This document shows positions 47,862 through 57,573 of a stretch of DNA of 64,000 nucleotides, in pieces (the first letter of the stretch is position 1; the number at the start of each line of letters is the position of its first letter). Origin of the DNA: a bacterium (GTDB lineage: Bacteria; Electryoneota; Electryoneia; Electryoneales; Electryoneaceae); contig CAXXKJ010000002.1 of the NCBI GenBank assembly GCA_963675295.2, positions 224,001 through 288,000 on the forward strand, read 5' to 3'. A program made the position numbers and the translations under genes. The notes beneath the pieces were generated by a model. That model ran no database searches and had not been told where the DNA came from. It was given only the letters and a program-made list of their open reading frames with translations.

Positions 47862-49412
47862 TTACAACAACGACGCGGCGTGCGCGGCGGTGCGGAACCC
47901 GGATTTGTTGTTTGGAGTCTCCTGACGCGGCAAGCCAAGATCGTCCACGACCAGCTTCTCCGTCGTTTCGGCGGTCAGCATCACTCCGGGCAGTCCCGCC
48001 CCGGGGTGCGTGCTTGCACCGACGAGGTACAGGTTCTTCACGTCCTCATGCCGGTTGTGCGGCCGGAAATTCGCTGTCTGGGTCAGCTTCGGTTCAACGC
48101 CCCATGCGCTGCCGAGATGGCTGTTGCGTTCGAGCAGGAAGTCCTTCGGTGTGAATGTTTCCATCACCTCAATGTTCGCACGCAGATCCTTCATCCCGAA
48201 CTTGTGCTCGAGATGGTTGAGCACGCGCTCGGTGTAGGCCGGAGCCATCGCGTCCCAATCGACTCCACCCGCCAGGTTCGGCACAGGAATCAACACGTAC
48301 ATGCTCTCGTGACCCTCCGGCGCCATAGACGGATCGGTGCGCGTCGGCACGTGCAGGTACATCGAGAAATCAGCTGTCAACTGTTTGGTATCGAAAATGT
48401 CACGCACCAGTCCTTTGTAACGGTGCGACAGGATCAGTGTGTGATGTAGCAGCTCCGGATACTGCTTCTTTACCCCAAGATACAGCAAATAGGCACCCAT
48501 CGAATAGTCGACCTTCGGCAGCTTCTCGTCACGCCACTTGCGGCGGGAGTCCGGCTCCAGCAGGTCACGGTTGGTGTGCATCCAGTCGGCGTTGGAGATG
48601 ACGCCATCCGCCGGGTAGATCTCGTTGCCAACCCGCACGCCGGTCGCCTGCTTGTTCTGCACGATGATCTGATCCACCGGGGAGTTGGTCCGGATCGTGC
48701 CGCCCAACTTGCGGAACACTGCCTCGAACGCCTGCACCAGGGTGTACATGCCGCCCTTGGTGAACCACACACCGCCCTCGCGCTCGAGGTACGGAATCAT
48801 CTGGTAGATCGCGGGCGCGCGGAACGGATTGCCGCCGATGAACAACGGGTGGAACGAAAACGCGAACCGGCTGCGCGGATCCTTGAAGTGCCGCTTGACG
48901 TTGGTAAAAGCCGGTACCAGCGCGTTCAGCGCCAGCGCGCGAGGCAGGAATTTGAACAGTGACGGGATGTTATCAAACGGCATTGCGCCCATCCCTTCCT
49001 CGATCACCGCCTTATAGATGCCCTTCGACTGGCGCATGAAGCTGTCATAGCCCTTGGCATCATCCGGGTGAAAGTTGCCAAGCTGCTGGCGCATGAAATC
49101 GGGGTCAGACGAATAGTCGAGGTGACTGCCGTCCGCGTAGTAGATGCGGTAACCTGGATCGATCTCGATCAGGTCAAGGTGATCCTCCAGCCGTTCCCCG
49201 GCCGAGCGGAACACGTCCCTGATGATATCCGGCGCGGTAATCAGCGACGGGCCCATGTCGAACGTGTAGCCGTCCTTTTTGAGCTGCGCGGCGTGCCCGC
49301 CGACCGTCGCATTTTTCTCGAAGACGGTGACGTCATAACCTTTTGCCTGCAGCCGGATCGCCGCGCTGAGGCCGCCGAAGCCGGATCCGATGATCGCGAT
49401 GCGTTTGTTCAT
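47862..49412 (-). CDS. crtI: Phytoene desaturase (CrtI family)
   Basis: IIGSGFGGL, FDMGPS, HPLFIGGNPF and LYLVGASTHPGAGLPGV. Confidence 0.92.
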   Translation of the reverse strand: MNKRIAIIGSGFGGLSAAIRLQAKGYDVTVFEKNATVGGHAAQLKKDGYTFDMGPSLITAPDIIRDVFRSAGERLEDHLDLIEIDPGYRIYYADGSHLDYSSDPDFMRQQLGNFHPDDAKGYDSFMRQSKGIYKAVIEEGMGAMPFDNIPSLFKFLPRALALNALVPAFTNVKRHFKDPRSRFAFSFHPLFIGGNPFRAPAIYQMIPYLEREGGVWFTKGGMYTLVQAFEAVFRKLGGTIRTNSPVDQIIVQNKQATGVRVGNEIYPADGVISNADWMHTNRDLLEPDSRRKWRDEKLPKVDYSMGAYLLYLGVKKQYPELLHHTLILSHRYKGLVRDIFDTKQLTADFSMYLHVPTRTDPSMAPEGHESMYVLIPVPNLAGGVDWDAMAPAYTERVLNHLEHKFGMKDLRANIEVMETFTPKDFLLERNSHLGSAWGVEPKLTQTANFRPHNRHEDVKNLYLVGASTHPGAGLPGVMLTAETTEKLVVDDLGLPRQETPNNKSGFRTAAHAASLL

Positions 49413-49495
49413 GTCTGGGTTCTCTCGTTGGCCGGATACGTATCCCGAGCCTGTGTATCAATTTGCGTCAGTCGCTTTCTTCGTGATGTATCATG

Positions 49496-49511
49496 GCAAA
49501 GCACGTTCCAG
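49496..49511 (-). promoter_or_regulatory. Putative sigma54 promoter of the crt operon
   Basis: Minus strand CTGGAAC-GTGCT-TTGC (GG-N10-GC, one mismatch). Lies between the upstream terminator and the crtI ATG. Confidence 0.6.
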
Positions 49512-49559
49512 TTTTCAAGTGCGGAGTTATCAGGTTGGCTCGCTGAGAGATGGGCACAG

Positions 49560-49590
49560 AAAAACGCCGCGGGGATCTCCCCACGGCGTT
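49560..49590 (-). terminator. Intrinsic terminator of the GAF-bEBP gene
   Basis: AACGCCGCGGGG/CCCCACGGCGTT preceded by AAA on the plus strand (T tract on minus). Confidence 0.7.
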
Positions 49591-49620
49591 GGGTGTGCTA
49601 CAAACGGTCGCGATCTTGTC

Positions 49621-51159
49621 TCAGGCGGATTCCTTCTGTGCCTTTTCCTCGATCTCCCGCATCTTGCGCTTGTACTTGCGGCCGGTCTCGATGCCATAGC
49701 GATGCAGCTTGTTGATCAGCGCCTGGCGGCTGAGACCGAGCTGGTCGGCGGTGGTCGACTGGTTGTGTTTGTTCCGCTCGAGCGCGTCCATGATCATCCG
49801 CTTTTCGATGCGGGCGATCCGCTGCTTCAGCGTGCCCTCGCCGGTGTCGAGCATGGCGGGTTCGCGTTTGCTGATCAGGTGAACACTGAGCTGGGAGGCG
49901 GTCAATTCGCCCTGGTCCGGCGTACGCAGCACAGCTTGTCTGATCTCGTGCTCGAGTTCGTCCAGGTTGCCCGGCCAGTCGTAGGTGCCGAGGAAATCGT
50001 AGATCTGGTTGTTGATGCTTCCGATCACCTTGCCGAAGGTCACCGCAGCTTCTTCCACATAGTACGTGACCAGTACCGGCAGGTCCTCAACACGCTGGCG
50101 CAGCGGCGGGAACAGGATCGGGAACTGCATCATCTTCAAGTACAGGTCGCGCGTCAGCACGCCGTCCTTGTACAGTTCGCTCGGATTTTTGGTGGTGGTC
50201 ATCACGAGACGGAAGTTGACGGGATATTCTTCCCGTTCGCCGTCGAGGGTTGCCAAACCACTGTCGAGACTGCGGGCGAGCCGTGTCTGCAGGTCTTCAT
50301 GCAGCATGTCGACATCTTCGAGGATCAGGGTACCGTTCTTGGCATCCCGGATCGCTCCCCGGCGTCCACGTACCGGCGCATCTTTCGCGCCCGGTGCCTT
50401 GCCGAAGATGAAGCCGCCGTGCATGTCCTGCGGAATGTCAGAGAGCGGAATCTGCACGATCGGGCTGCGTTTGCGGGGGCTGTTCTTGTGCAGTGCTTCG
50501 GCGGCAATCCACTTGCCGGTGCCCTTTTCTCCGATCAGCGTCACCGGAATGTCGATATCTGCGACCAGCTCCAACGCCTTGCGTACGCGCTGGATTTCGC
50601 TGCTCGATCCCACCAGCTCGCTGAACGGTGCGTCACCCTCGTCTTCCTTCTGGCGGGTGCGAACCTGGACATTCAGCCGGTTGATCGTACGGTCAAGGTT
50701 GATCAGGTGGCCGATCACGCGTCCGGCACTTAGATAATGATCGACCTTGTTCTTTTTGAAGGCGACGTCCTTGTCGCCCTTGCTACCGATATAGATGGCG
50801 CCCATGGCGGCATCGCCGGATGCCAACGGGAAGATGAGCACGCTCTTGGTCATTTCCCGTCGGACACTTTTTCGCGCGGCCAGCTTCTTGACATCGTTCG
50901 CAACTGGAGCCGCCAGCACACTGTCAGGGTCAGTGGGATGGTCTGCGGCATATTGCGCGAAGATTCGCATGTCCTGATTCAGCATCTCTTCAACGTTTCC
51001 GAAGGATGCCAGCTCCCGCAGGCTGCCGGTCGTTTCCTCGAGCTCGAGCAACAAACCGTGATCGCCGCCGAATCGTTCCTGGGCATAATCGAGTAATGCC
51101 TGGGCCAAATCCTGACGGCTTCCAACTTGTTGCAGTGTTTTCTCCAGAATTCCCTGCAT
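49621..51159 (-). CDS. GAF + degenerate AAA+ + Fis-HTH regulator (NtrC-family homologue, probably inactive ATPase)
   Basis: GEKGTGK, WPGN and HTH are present. GAFTGA is replaced by GAKDAP, Walker B reads LILEDV, and the R-finger and sensor II Arg are absent. Confidence 0.88.
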   Translation of the reverse strand: MQGILEKTLQQVGSRQDLAQALLDYAQERFGGDHGLLLELEETTGSLRELASFGNVEEMLNQDMRIFAQYAADHPTDPDSVLAAPVANDVKKLAARKSVRREMTKSVLIFPLASGDAAMGAIYIGSKGDKDVAFKKNKVDHYLSAGRVIGHLINLDRTINRLNVQVRTRQKEDEGDAPFSELVGSSSEIQRVRKALELVADIDIPVTLIGEKGTGKWIAAEALHKNSPRKRSPIVQIPLSDIPQDMHGGFIFGKAPGAKDAPVRGRRGAIRDAKNGTLILEDVDMLHEDLQTRLARSLDSGLATLDGEREEYPVNFRLVMTTTKNPSELYKDGVLTRDLYLKMMQFPILFPPLRQRVEDLPVLVTYYVEEAAVTFGKVIGSINNQIYDFLGTYDWPGNLDELEHEIRQAVLRTPDQGELTASQLSVHLISKREPAMLDTGEGTLKQRIARIEKRMIMDALERNKHNQSTTADQLGLSRQALINKLHRYGIETGRKYKRKMREIEEKAQKESA

Positions 51160-51791
51160 CGTTTTGTACCTCAGGTAACTTAAACCGCGCGTTTCTTTAT
51201 ACAGTCCTTCGAAGAATACTCAACCTGCCGATTGTTAAGTATTCCTAACTAGTTTTTTTTGCACTCTTTTGAATCATGTCAACCCAACCCCACGAATCCG
51301 GGCAAAATATGTGCCTAACAATTTGAAACAGATTCAAGCGAGGCCTTTGTTCTACGGAATCATCATTCAGTGTCTACGGTGCAGGTCGTCGTCTGGTTGA
51401 TCGCGGTCAGTGTTATATGCCGAAAGTGCGAATGCCTAGATGCTCGGACGATTTATCAATCAATCGCCACAGATGGCTGACGATTTCTGAATATCAGCAT
51501 GCTGCACGGCGATTCATAGTCAGAATTCGATATTTCAGGCGAATATGGAGATTCAGAAGGCTTTGTGCCAATAGTGCAGAGCCGATTCTATTGGAGACGA
51601 TTGTTAGTGGAGTCAAATTCTGGCGGGATGTGGCGTAAGTTTGCCTATACTTCTCATTGGGCGGGGGACGAGAGCAGGCTCGAGAGCTTGATTTGAGAGG
51701 ATGAGGCTCAGTCCTTGACTCACCTTGGAGCGGCGTCTATTTTGGACCCTCGCGGCTCAGGCATGGGGCCGCAACCCCTTGTCATCACAGG

Positions 51792-51902
51792 TTTTCCACG
51801 ACTTATCCACAGGGGGAGGAGACCGCGCATTCCGTGTGTTCTCAGGAAGATAAGCCGTTCGTGGAGACGCTATCCACGTTATCCACATCACGTTAATCCA
51901 CA
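51792..51902. promoter_or_regulatory. DnaA-box cluster upstream of dnaA (oriC part 1 / autoregulation)
   Basis: TTATCCACA at 51803 and 51879. Near-matches TTTTCCACG 51792, CTATCCACG 51870 and TAATCCACA 51894. Confidence 0.85.
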
Positions 51903-51904
51903 TC

Positions 51905-53347
51905 ATGGGACGTCCGCACATGACAGCTTCGGCCAGACGCTTGCTGACCGAATCCCCGCGCCATTCGGATGCTGGTGATGCCAATCCCACCTGGCAACCC
52001 ATCCTCGCAGATTTGCAGAATTCCTTGCCCAGTCAGGCGTATCACACGTGGTTTGAACCGCTTCAGGCGTTCCTCTCCCCGGAGGAATTGCTGTTGGTGG
52101 AAGTACCCAGCCGCTTTTACTACGAGTGGATCGAGGGCCATTACGCCGAGTTGCTGGACCACGTGCTGGAATCACGATTAGGGGATCGTAACGCGCTGCA
52201 GTACATCCTGTCCTCGTCCGGTGCATTGAACCTCGAGCCGGAACCGGCGCCGGTTCCTGACATGGTGGCGCCCGTGTCGAATGGGCACACGTTGCCCAAT
52301 GGGTCCGGTGACAGCCGGAACGGGTTAAACTCGCGGTACACGTTCGACCGGTTCATCGAGGGTCCGCCGAATCGTTTCGCGCGCGCGGCATCTCTGGCGG
52401 TGGCGCAATCGCCGGGCGCGACTGCGTACAACCCGCTTCTCATTTACGGCGGCGTCGGTCTTGGCAAGACGCACCTGCTGCAGGCGATCGGGAACGCGGT
52501 CCAGCAGCAGATGCCGGAACACAAGGTGCGGTACATCAGCAGCGAACGGTTTACCAAGGAATTCGTCGAGGCGATCAAGGCCAATCGAGGCGACCGTTTC
52601 AGCGCCCATTACCGTAACGTTGACCTGTTGTTGATGGATGATGTGCAGTTTCTTGTCGGCCGGGACCGCACGCTGATGGAATTCTTCCACATCTTCAACA
52701 ACCTGTACCAGGCCGGCAAGCAGATCGTGTTGAGCAGTGACAAGCCGCCGAAGGAGTTGAACGGGCTCGACGAACGTCTGGTCAGCCGGTTTGGCTGGGG
52801 GTTGGTCTGCGACATCGGGCCGCCCGATTTCGACACACGTGTCGCGATCATCGAGACCTTAAGCGAGCATGAGCGTGTCCCGCTGGACATGGAGGTGATT
52901 GAATACCTCGCGAGCCGGTTTACGAACAACGTGCGTGATATCCAGGGAGCGTTGATTCGTCTGGTGGCGCATGCCAGCCTGACCGGGACCGACATCAGTC
53001 TCGACCTTGCGAAGAAGGCGTTGCACGATCTCGTCGGCACGCACAAGCGCAAGGTAAGTGTGGATCGTGTGCAACGGATCGTCGCCACGCATTACAACGT
53101 CGCGCCAGACCTGTTGCTGGCGAAGTTGCGGTCGCAGCCGATTGCCAGGGCACGAATGGTCGCGATGGCGCTGGCGTTGCGTCTCTGCCACCTGTCGTTG
53201 AAACAGGTCGGTACCAATTTCGGCGGACGGGACCACACCACGGTGTTGCATGCGCGTGATCGCGTGATCCAGTGGGAAGACGAGGACAAGGAATTCGCCT
53301 CCGAACTGACGGAGCTGATCCGTCACATCGAGAGCGACGAAGACTGA
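51905..53347 (+). CDS. dnaA: Chromosomal replication initiator DnaA
   Basis: YTFDRFIEG, YNPLLIYGGVGLGKTHL, DDVQFL, RLVSRF and FGGRDHTTVLHA. Start is 51905 or 51920. Confidence 0.97.
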   Translation: MGRPHMTASARRLLTESPRHSDAGDANPTWQPILADLQNSLPSQAYHTWFEPLQAFLSPEELLLVEVPSRFYYEWIEGHYAELLDHVLESRLGDRNALQYILSSSGALNLEPEPAPVPDMVAPVSNGHTLPNGSGDSRNGLNSRYTFDRFIEGPPNRFARAASLAVAQSPGATAYNPLLIYGGVGLGKTHLLQAIGNAVQQQMPEHKVRYISSERFTKEFVEAIKANRGDRFSAHYRNVDLLLMDDVQFLVGRDRTLMEFFHIFNNLYQAGKQIVLSSDKPPKELNGLDERLVSRFGWGLVCDIGPPDFDTRVAIIETLSEHERVPLDMEVIEYLASRFTNNVRDIQGALIRLVAHASLTGTDISLDLAKKALHDLVGTHKRKVSVDRVQRIVATHYNVAPDLLLAKLRSQPIARARMVAMALALRLCHLSLKQVGTNFGGRDHTTVLHARDRVIQWEDEDKEFASELTELIRHIESDED

Positions 53348-53444
53348 CAAGCGTTAGCATCCACGCGGGTTGTGCCGGGGGACGTTTCCGGCAAATCCGT
53401 GGCACAAAGTACATTGACCGCGCTCAGCCTGTTTCGTATACTTC

Positions 53445-53751
53445 AGGGTTCCACAGGGACAGGGCGCGGTCCTTTTTTTATCCACAGAAGTTATGCACAG
53501 GTGTCAGTGAGAACAGTGGATAGCCTGTGGGTGGATCGGGGATGTCTGGGTTATTCTCTCGATCCGAGTGGACGGGAGTGGATAGCGGCTTCTCATTTCC
53601 ACCGGTTGTCCACCCTGTTGGGAGAGCGGGGAACGTTTCGGCACGAATCGAGTTACGCCGGCGAAGATCGAGTTATCCCCTCTTTCCACAGCTCTACAAC
53701 GACAACAAAGAGTCTTACTCTCTACGGATCTTAAACACCCGGGTGGAATAA
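53445..53751. other. Probable oriC (dnaA-dnaN intergenic) with DnaA boxes and DnaA-trio-like run
   Basis: TTATCCACA 53478, TTATGCACA 53491, several reverse near-matches, and tandem TTATCCCCT/CTTTCCACA (53673-53690) followed by CTA CAA CGA CAA CAA. Confidence 0.8.
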
Positions 53752-53777
53752 AGTCCCCGGTCAGCCCGAGGAGAACC

Positions 53778-54887
53778 ATGCGTTTCCGTGTAGCTCAGGA
53801 TCAGATTCTCGAAGCGCTCAGCCGTGTCGCACCGACGGTGCCGACCAAGTCGACCTTGCCGATCTTGTCCAATGTGTTACTTCGTCTGGAAGAGAACACG
53901 TTACGGATCGTGGCGACGGACCTCGAAGTATCGGTGGTCACGGAAATGGAAGTTGACGGGGAACGTGACGGCAGCGTCACGGTACCGGCAAAGAAGATCC
54001 AGGACATCGTGCGTGAGCTGGAAGGTCTGGTGCTGACCTGCGATGTGGATGAAAACAATCATCTGCAGCTGGAAACCGAGATCGGGCAGTACCAGTTACT
54101 GGGATCCTCGGCACAGGAATTCCCGTCCCTGCCGGAATTCGAAGGCGCGACCACGATCAAGCTGGAAGCCGAGAAATTCGATTCGCTGGTGGCGCGGACA
54201 AGCTTTGCGGTCTCTCGGGACGAACTGCGGCCGGCGTTGACCGGTGTCTTCTTCCAGATTCGGTCGCATGAATTGCGTGCGGTGGCAACGGACGGGCATC
54301 GTCTGGTCCGCATCATCGACCAGAAATTCGAGAGCGAAAGCGAACACGAACTGATCGTGCCAGTCAAGGCGTTGGACATGATTCGCCGCAACCTGCCGGA
54401 CGATGGCGAGATCGAGTTGGCTATCGGCGAAAACCAGATCCTGGTCAAGTTGCCGGACGCCACGCTGTACAGCCGTCTGATCGAAGGCCGCTATCCGCAT
54501 TACGAAAGCGTCATCCCGAGCGAGAACAACAATCATCTGATCGTGGCGACGGATCAATTGGTGCGGTCGTTGAAACGTGCGCAGATCTTCGCCAACCCGA
54601 TCAACCGTCAGGTGGTGTTCAATCTCGAACCGGACAAGCTGGAGATCACCGCGGAAGACGTCGAGCTCGGCGGCAAGGGCCGGGAACAGATGGCGGCGAA
54701 GTATGACGGCGACGGGCAGTCGATCGGCTACAACGCAGCGTATCTGCTCGACCTGATGAAGCACATCACGACGGAAGACGTGCGTTTCGACCTCGGCGGC
54801 CCGAAGCAGGCCGGAATTGTCAAGCCGACGATCCCGAACGAGGGCGAAGATTTCCTGATGTTGATTATGCCGGTGCGTCTTTCCTAG
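53778..54887 (+). CDS. dnaN: DNA polymerase III beta clamp
   Basis: TLPILSNV, ATDLE, RPALTGV, VATDGHRL, RLIEGRYP.Y and LIMPVRL. Confidence 0.97.
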   Translation: MRFRVAQDQILEALSRVAPTVPTKSTLPILSNVLLRLEENTLRIVATDLEVSVVTEMEVDGERDGSVTVPAKKIQDIVRELEGLVLTCDVDENNHLQLETEIGQYQLLGSSAQEFPSLPEFEGATTIKLEAEKFDSLVARTSFAVSRDELRPALTGVFFQIRSHELRAVATDGHRLVRIIDQKFESESEHELIVPVKALDMIRRNLPDDGEIELAIGENQILVKLPDATLYSRLIEGRYPHYESVIPSENNNHLIVATDQLVRSLKRAQIFANPINRQVVFNLEPDKLEITAEDVELGGKGREQMAAKYDGDGQSIGYNAAYLLDLMKHITTEDVRFDLGGPKQAGIVKPTIPNEGEDFLMLIMPVRLS

Positions 54888-54912
54888 GCATAAGTCAAAC
54901 ATTTGATTGTCT

Positions 54913-54948
54913 AGCCGTCTTCTGTTCTGGAGACGGCTTTCTCTTTTT
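54913..54948 (+). terminator. Intrinsic terminator after dnaN
   Basis: AGCCGTCTTC/GGAGACGGCT followed by TTCTCTTTTT. Confidence 0.8.
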
Positions 54949-55044
54949 ACCGAGCATTGATTGCAAGAGCCGGAGTCCCTTTCTAAGTTAATCTGTACGG
55001 GAAATAAATTCTGGATTGAATTGCCAACGTTACGGGGGGACGAA

Positions 55045-57237
55045 ATGAAACCGAACACCTGCCTTCGAGTCGTACTTGTTATCCTGTCGGTCGTCATCTT
55101 GAGTGGTGAGCTATCTGCCTGGGAAACGGTCGGTCCACGGGGCATGAGCCTGACCGATCTTGAAGTTCATCCGTTCTACCGCACCAATGTTTGGATGGCG
55201 CAAAACGGCCTGCTGCTCTACTCGGAGACCAACGGCTCGACCTGGAACAACCGGACCATCGAGTTGGGCGAAACCCACGATCAGATCACACTGCATCCCA
55301 CCAACCTTGATACGGTGTTGGCGGTCATCAACGGAATCCCGTACCGTACTGTGAACCGTGGTTTTTCATGGGAGCAAGTGCCGTATCCGGCGGATGGACC
55401 GTATGTCCATCACTTGCAACGCCATCCGCTGACCGGACTGCCCGTCATCTTGCAGGGCGGTTATTACACCATGGATCATTGGGGCGGCGACTTCGAACCA
55501 CAGTATGACGATTGGGCGGATGTTTACCTGCTCCACCCCTCCGATCCGGATCTGATCACGGTGGACAGCACTCCGGATTATCCGCTGGGCCCTTGCCGAA
55601 TCCGTCTTTCTACCGGCGAAGTGGAACCGTTGTACGATGAACAGAATCTCTATGATATCTTTCATTATCCCCGATTGATTTCCATTGATACGGGCGATCC
55701 TGATTGGTTGATTGGCGAGGCGTTTTCGTTCATCTACACGGTTGACGGGTACATGGAGACCCGTGATGGCGGAATCACCTGGGCGATGGGTTCGGATCAC
55801 CCCGCGTTGTATGGCGAGACCGTGCTCACGGATGAGAACGAGGTCTGGGTTGTCACTGAAGATGCCTACATGCGCACAGTTGACGGGTCGCAGACATGGC
55901 AGATCGAAATGACGGTTGACGATCTGCCCTTCCCCTTGCACTCACTGTATTTTCTGCGCTTCAGTTTCTGCTCGCAGTTTCCGGAAACATTCTGGATGCT
56001 GAACAACAACCGTCTGTTCTACACGCACGACAGCGGCCAGAATTGGACGGAGCGTGACGGCTTTTACGATTGGCGGACTGTGCAAACCACCGTCGCGCAT
56101 CCCGTCGTGCCGGATCGCGTGTATGCCACCGCGAATGGCTTGTGGCGTTCGGACGATGATGGAATGACCTGGCAGAACGTGAACGGTACGGCGTATTCGA
56201 CTCTGCAGGTGGGGCGGGACGAGGACGTTGTGTATTCCCATCGCTGGCGCAGTCTTGATGCTGGTATCACCTGGGAAGAGCTGGACCTGACGGGCACCGG
56301 CATTCCCGACCCCGGGAGTTGCTACCTGCAGAGTATCGAGTGGGATCCATGGAATCCGGATCGGGCATTCATCACGGCATCGTATTGGGATGGTTGGGAG
56401 CCAGCCACGCCTGAAGCCTGGTACACGGAAGACTTCGGGCTAACGTGGCAGCAGCCGGAAGGGTTGCCGTCGGCGGCTTGGGAAGGGTATTTCCTCGTCA
56501 ATCCGCACCAGACTGAGCAGGTGTTTTTCTGGCACTGGACCGGGAGCAACGGATCGCTGTACCGATCTGACGACGGCGGCAGTGCGTTTTCACTGCTGCA
56601 CGATGAATGGTATCCGCTGACCATTGCCCCGAACCATGACCGGATCTTTGCGCTCGAGGGCCGCAGCCTGCTGACGTCGGTGGATGACGGCGAGACGTTT
56701 GACCTGTTTCACGACTTTGACACTGAGACCGTGTACGACTATCAGATCACGGGTTCCGGACAGGTGGTTGTCCTGACCAACATGGGAGTGTGGTACTGTG
56801 AACCGGGATTCGATACCGGGTTGTGGACGCGATTGTTGATCGACGGCGTAACCAATCAGGACGAAATCACCGTAACCAACGCGGGCAGCCTGCTCTGGCT
56901 GCAGGACATCCTGGCGTTGTATCCGAATCTGCTGACCGGGATTGCGGAGTCTGGACAATCAGTACTTCCGGCGCAGTTTTCGCTTGACCCGGCTTATCCC
57001 AATCCGTTCAACGCATCGGCGACGGTTCGCGTGTCATTGCCGGCACCGGCAGACTTACGTGTTGAACTGTTCAATCTGCTCGGGCAGTCCCTGCAAGTAC
57101 TGATGGATCAGGGATGTGTAGCGGGAATTCATACGCTCACCGTGGACGGTTCGCATCTTGCCAGCGGGACGTATTTGTTGCGCGCGTCCGCTGGTGGCTT
57201 GGGCGATCAGGTGCGGCGGGTGACGTTGCTGAAATAG
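55045..57237 (+). CDS. BNR/Asp-box (sortilin-like) beta-propeller secreted protein with T9SS-like CTD
   Basis: Signal peptide, repeated S/T-x-D-x-G-x-T-W, and YPNPFNA. Confidence 0.88.
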   Translation: MKPNTCLRVVLVILSVVILSGELSAWETVGPRGMSLTDLEVHPFYRTNVWMAQNGLLLYSETNGSTWNNRTIELGETHDQITLHPTNLDTVLAVINGIPYRTVNRGFSWEQVPYPADGPYVHHLQRHPLTGLPVILQGGYYTMDHWGGDFEPQYDDWADVYLLHPSDPDLITVDSTPDYPLGPCRIRLSTGEVEPLYDEQNLYDIFHYPRLISIDTGDPDWLIGEAFSFIYTVDGYMETRDGGITWAMGSDHPALYGETVLTDENEVWVVTEDAYMRTVDGSQTWQIEMTVDDLPFPLHSLYFLRFSFCSQFPETFWMLNNNRLFYTHDSGQNWTERDGFYDWRTVQTTVAHPVVPDRVYATANGLWRSDDDGMTWQNVNGTAYSTLQVGRDEDVVYSHRWRSLDAGITWEELDLTGTGIPDPGSCYLQSIEWDPWNPDRAFITASYWDGWEPATPEAWYTEDFGLTWQQPEGLPSAAWEGYFLVNPHQTEQVFFWHWTGSNGSLYRSDDGGSAFSLLHDEWYPLTIAPNHDRIFALEGRSLLTSVDDGETFDLFHDFDTETVYDYQITGSGQVVVLTNMGVWYCEPGFDTGLWTRLLIDGVTNQDEITVTNAGSLLWLQDILALYPNLLTGIAESGQSVLPAQFSLDPAYPNPFNASATVRVSLPAPADLRVELFNLLGQSLQVLMDQGCVAGIHTLTVDGSHLASGTYLLRASAGGLGDQVRRVTLLK

Positions 57238-57336
57238 AATTCGGATCGGACTTGTTTTCGGTCTCTCTGAGGGCTGCTGGTCTGCTGAATTTGTGTGTAT
57301 GTTTATCCTGGAGTTAGGGTCACTAAATTTCTTGTT

Positions 57337-57372
57337 CCGGGCAGTGCCGGACTGGCGCTCGCCCGGTTTTTT
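57337..57372 (+). terminator. Intrinsic terminator
   Basis: CCGGGC-AGTGCC/GGCGCT-C-GCCCGG followed by a T tract. Confidence 0.7.
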
Positions 57373-57573
57373 TGTTACCTTCTCCTGATTAGGCTTCTCC
57401 CGCGTAAGTACAGACGAAAAGCGGGTTCTGGCGGAAGGGCGCAAGGTGCCGGAACACAGGAGTGGCGGGATCATCTCAGACACTCACTGCGAAGTCCGCT
57501 TCCGTCATTTGAGAGTGGTTGGTTGGACGGTTTGACAGTTCGTTTTTCGTACCCCGGCGCGGCAGTTGATTTC

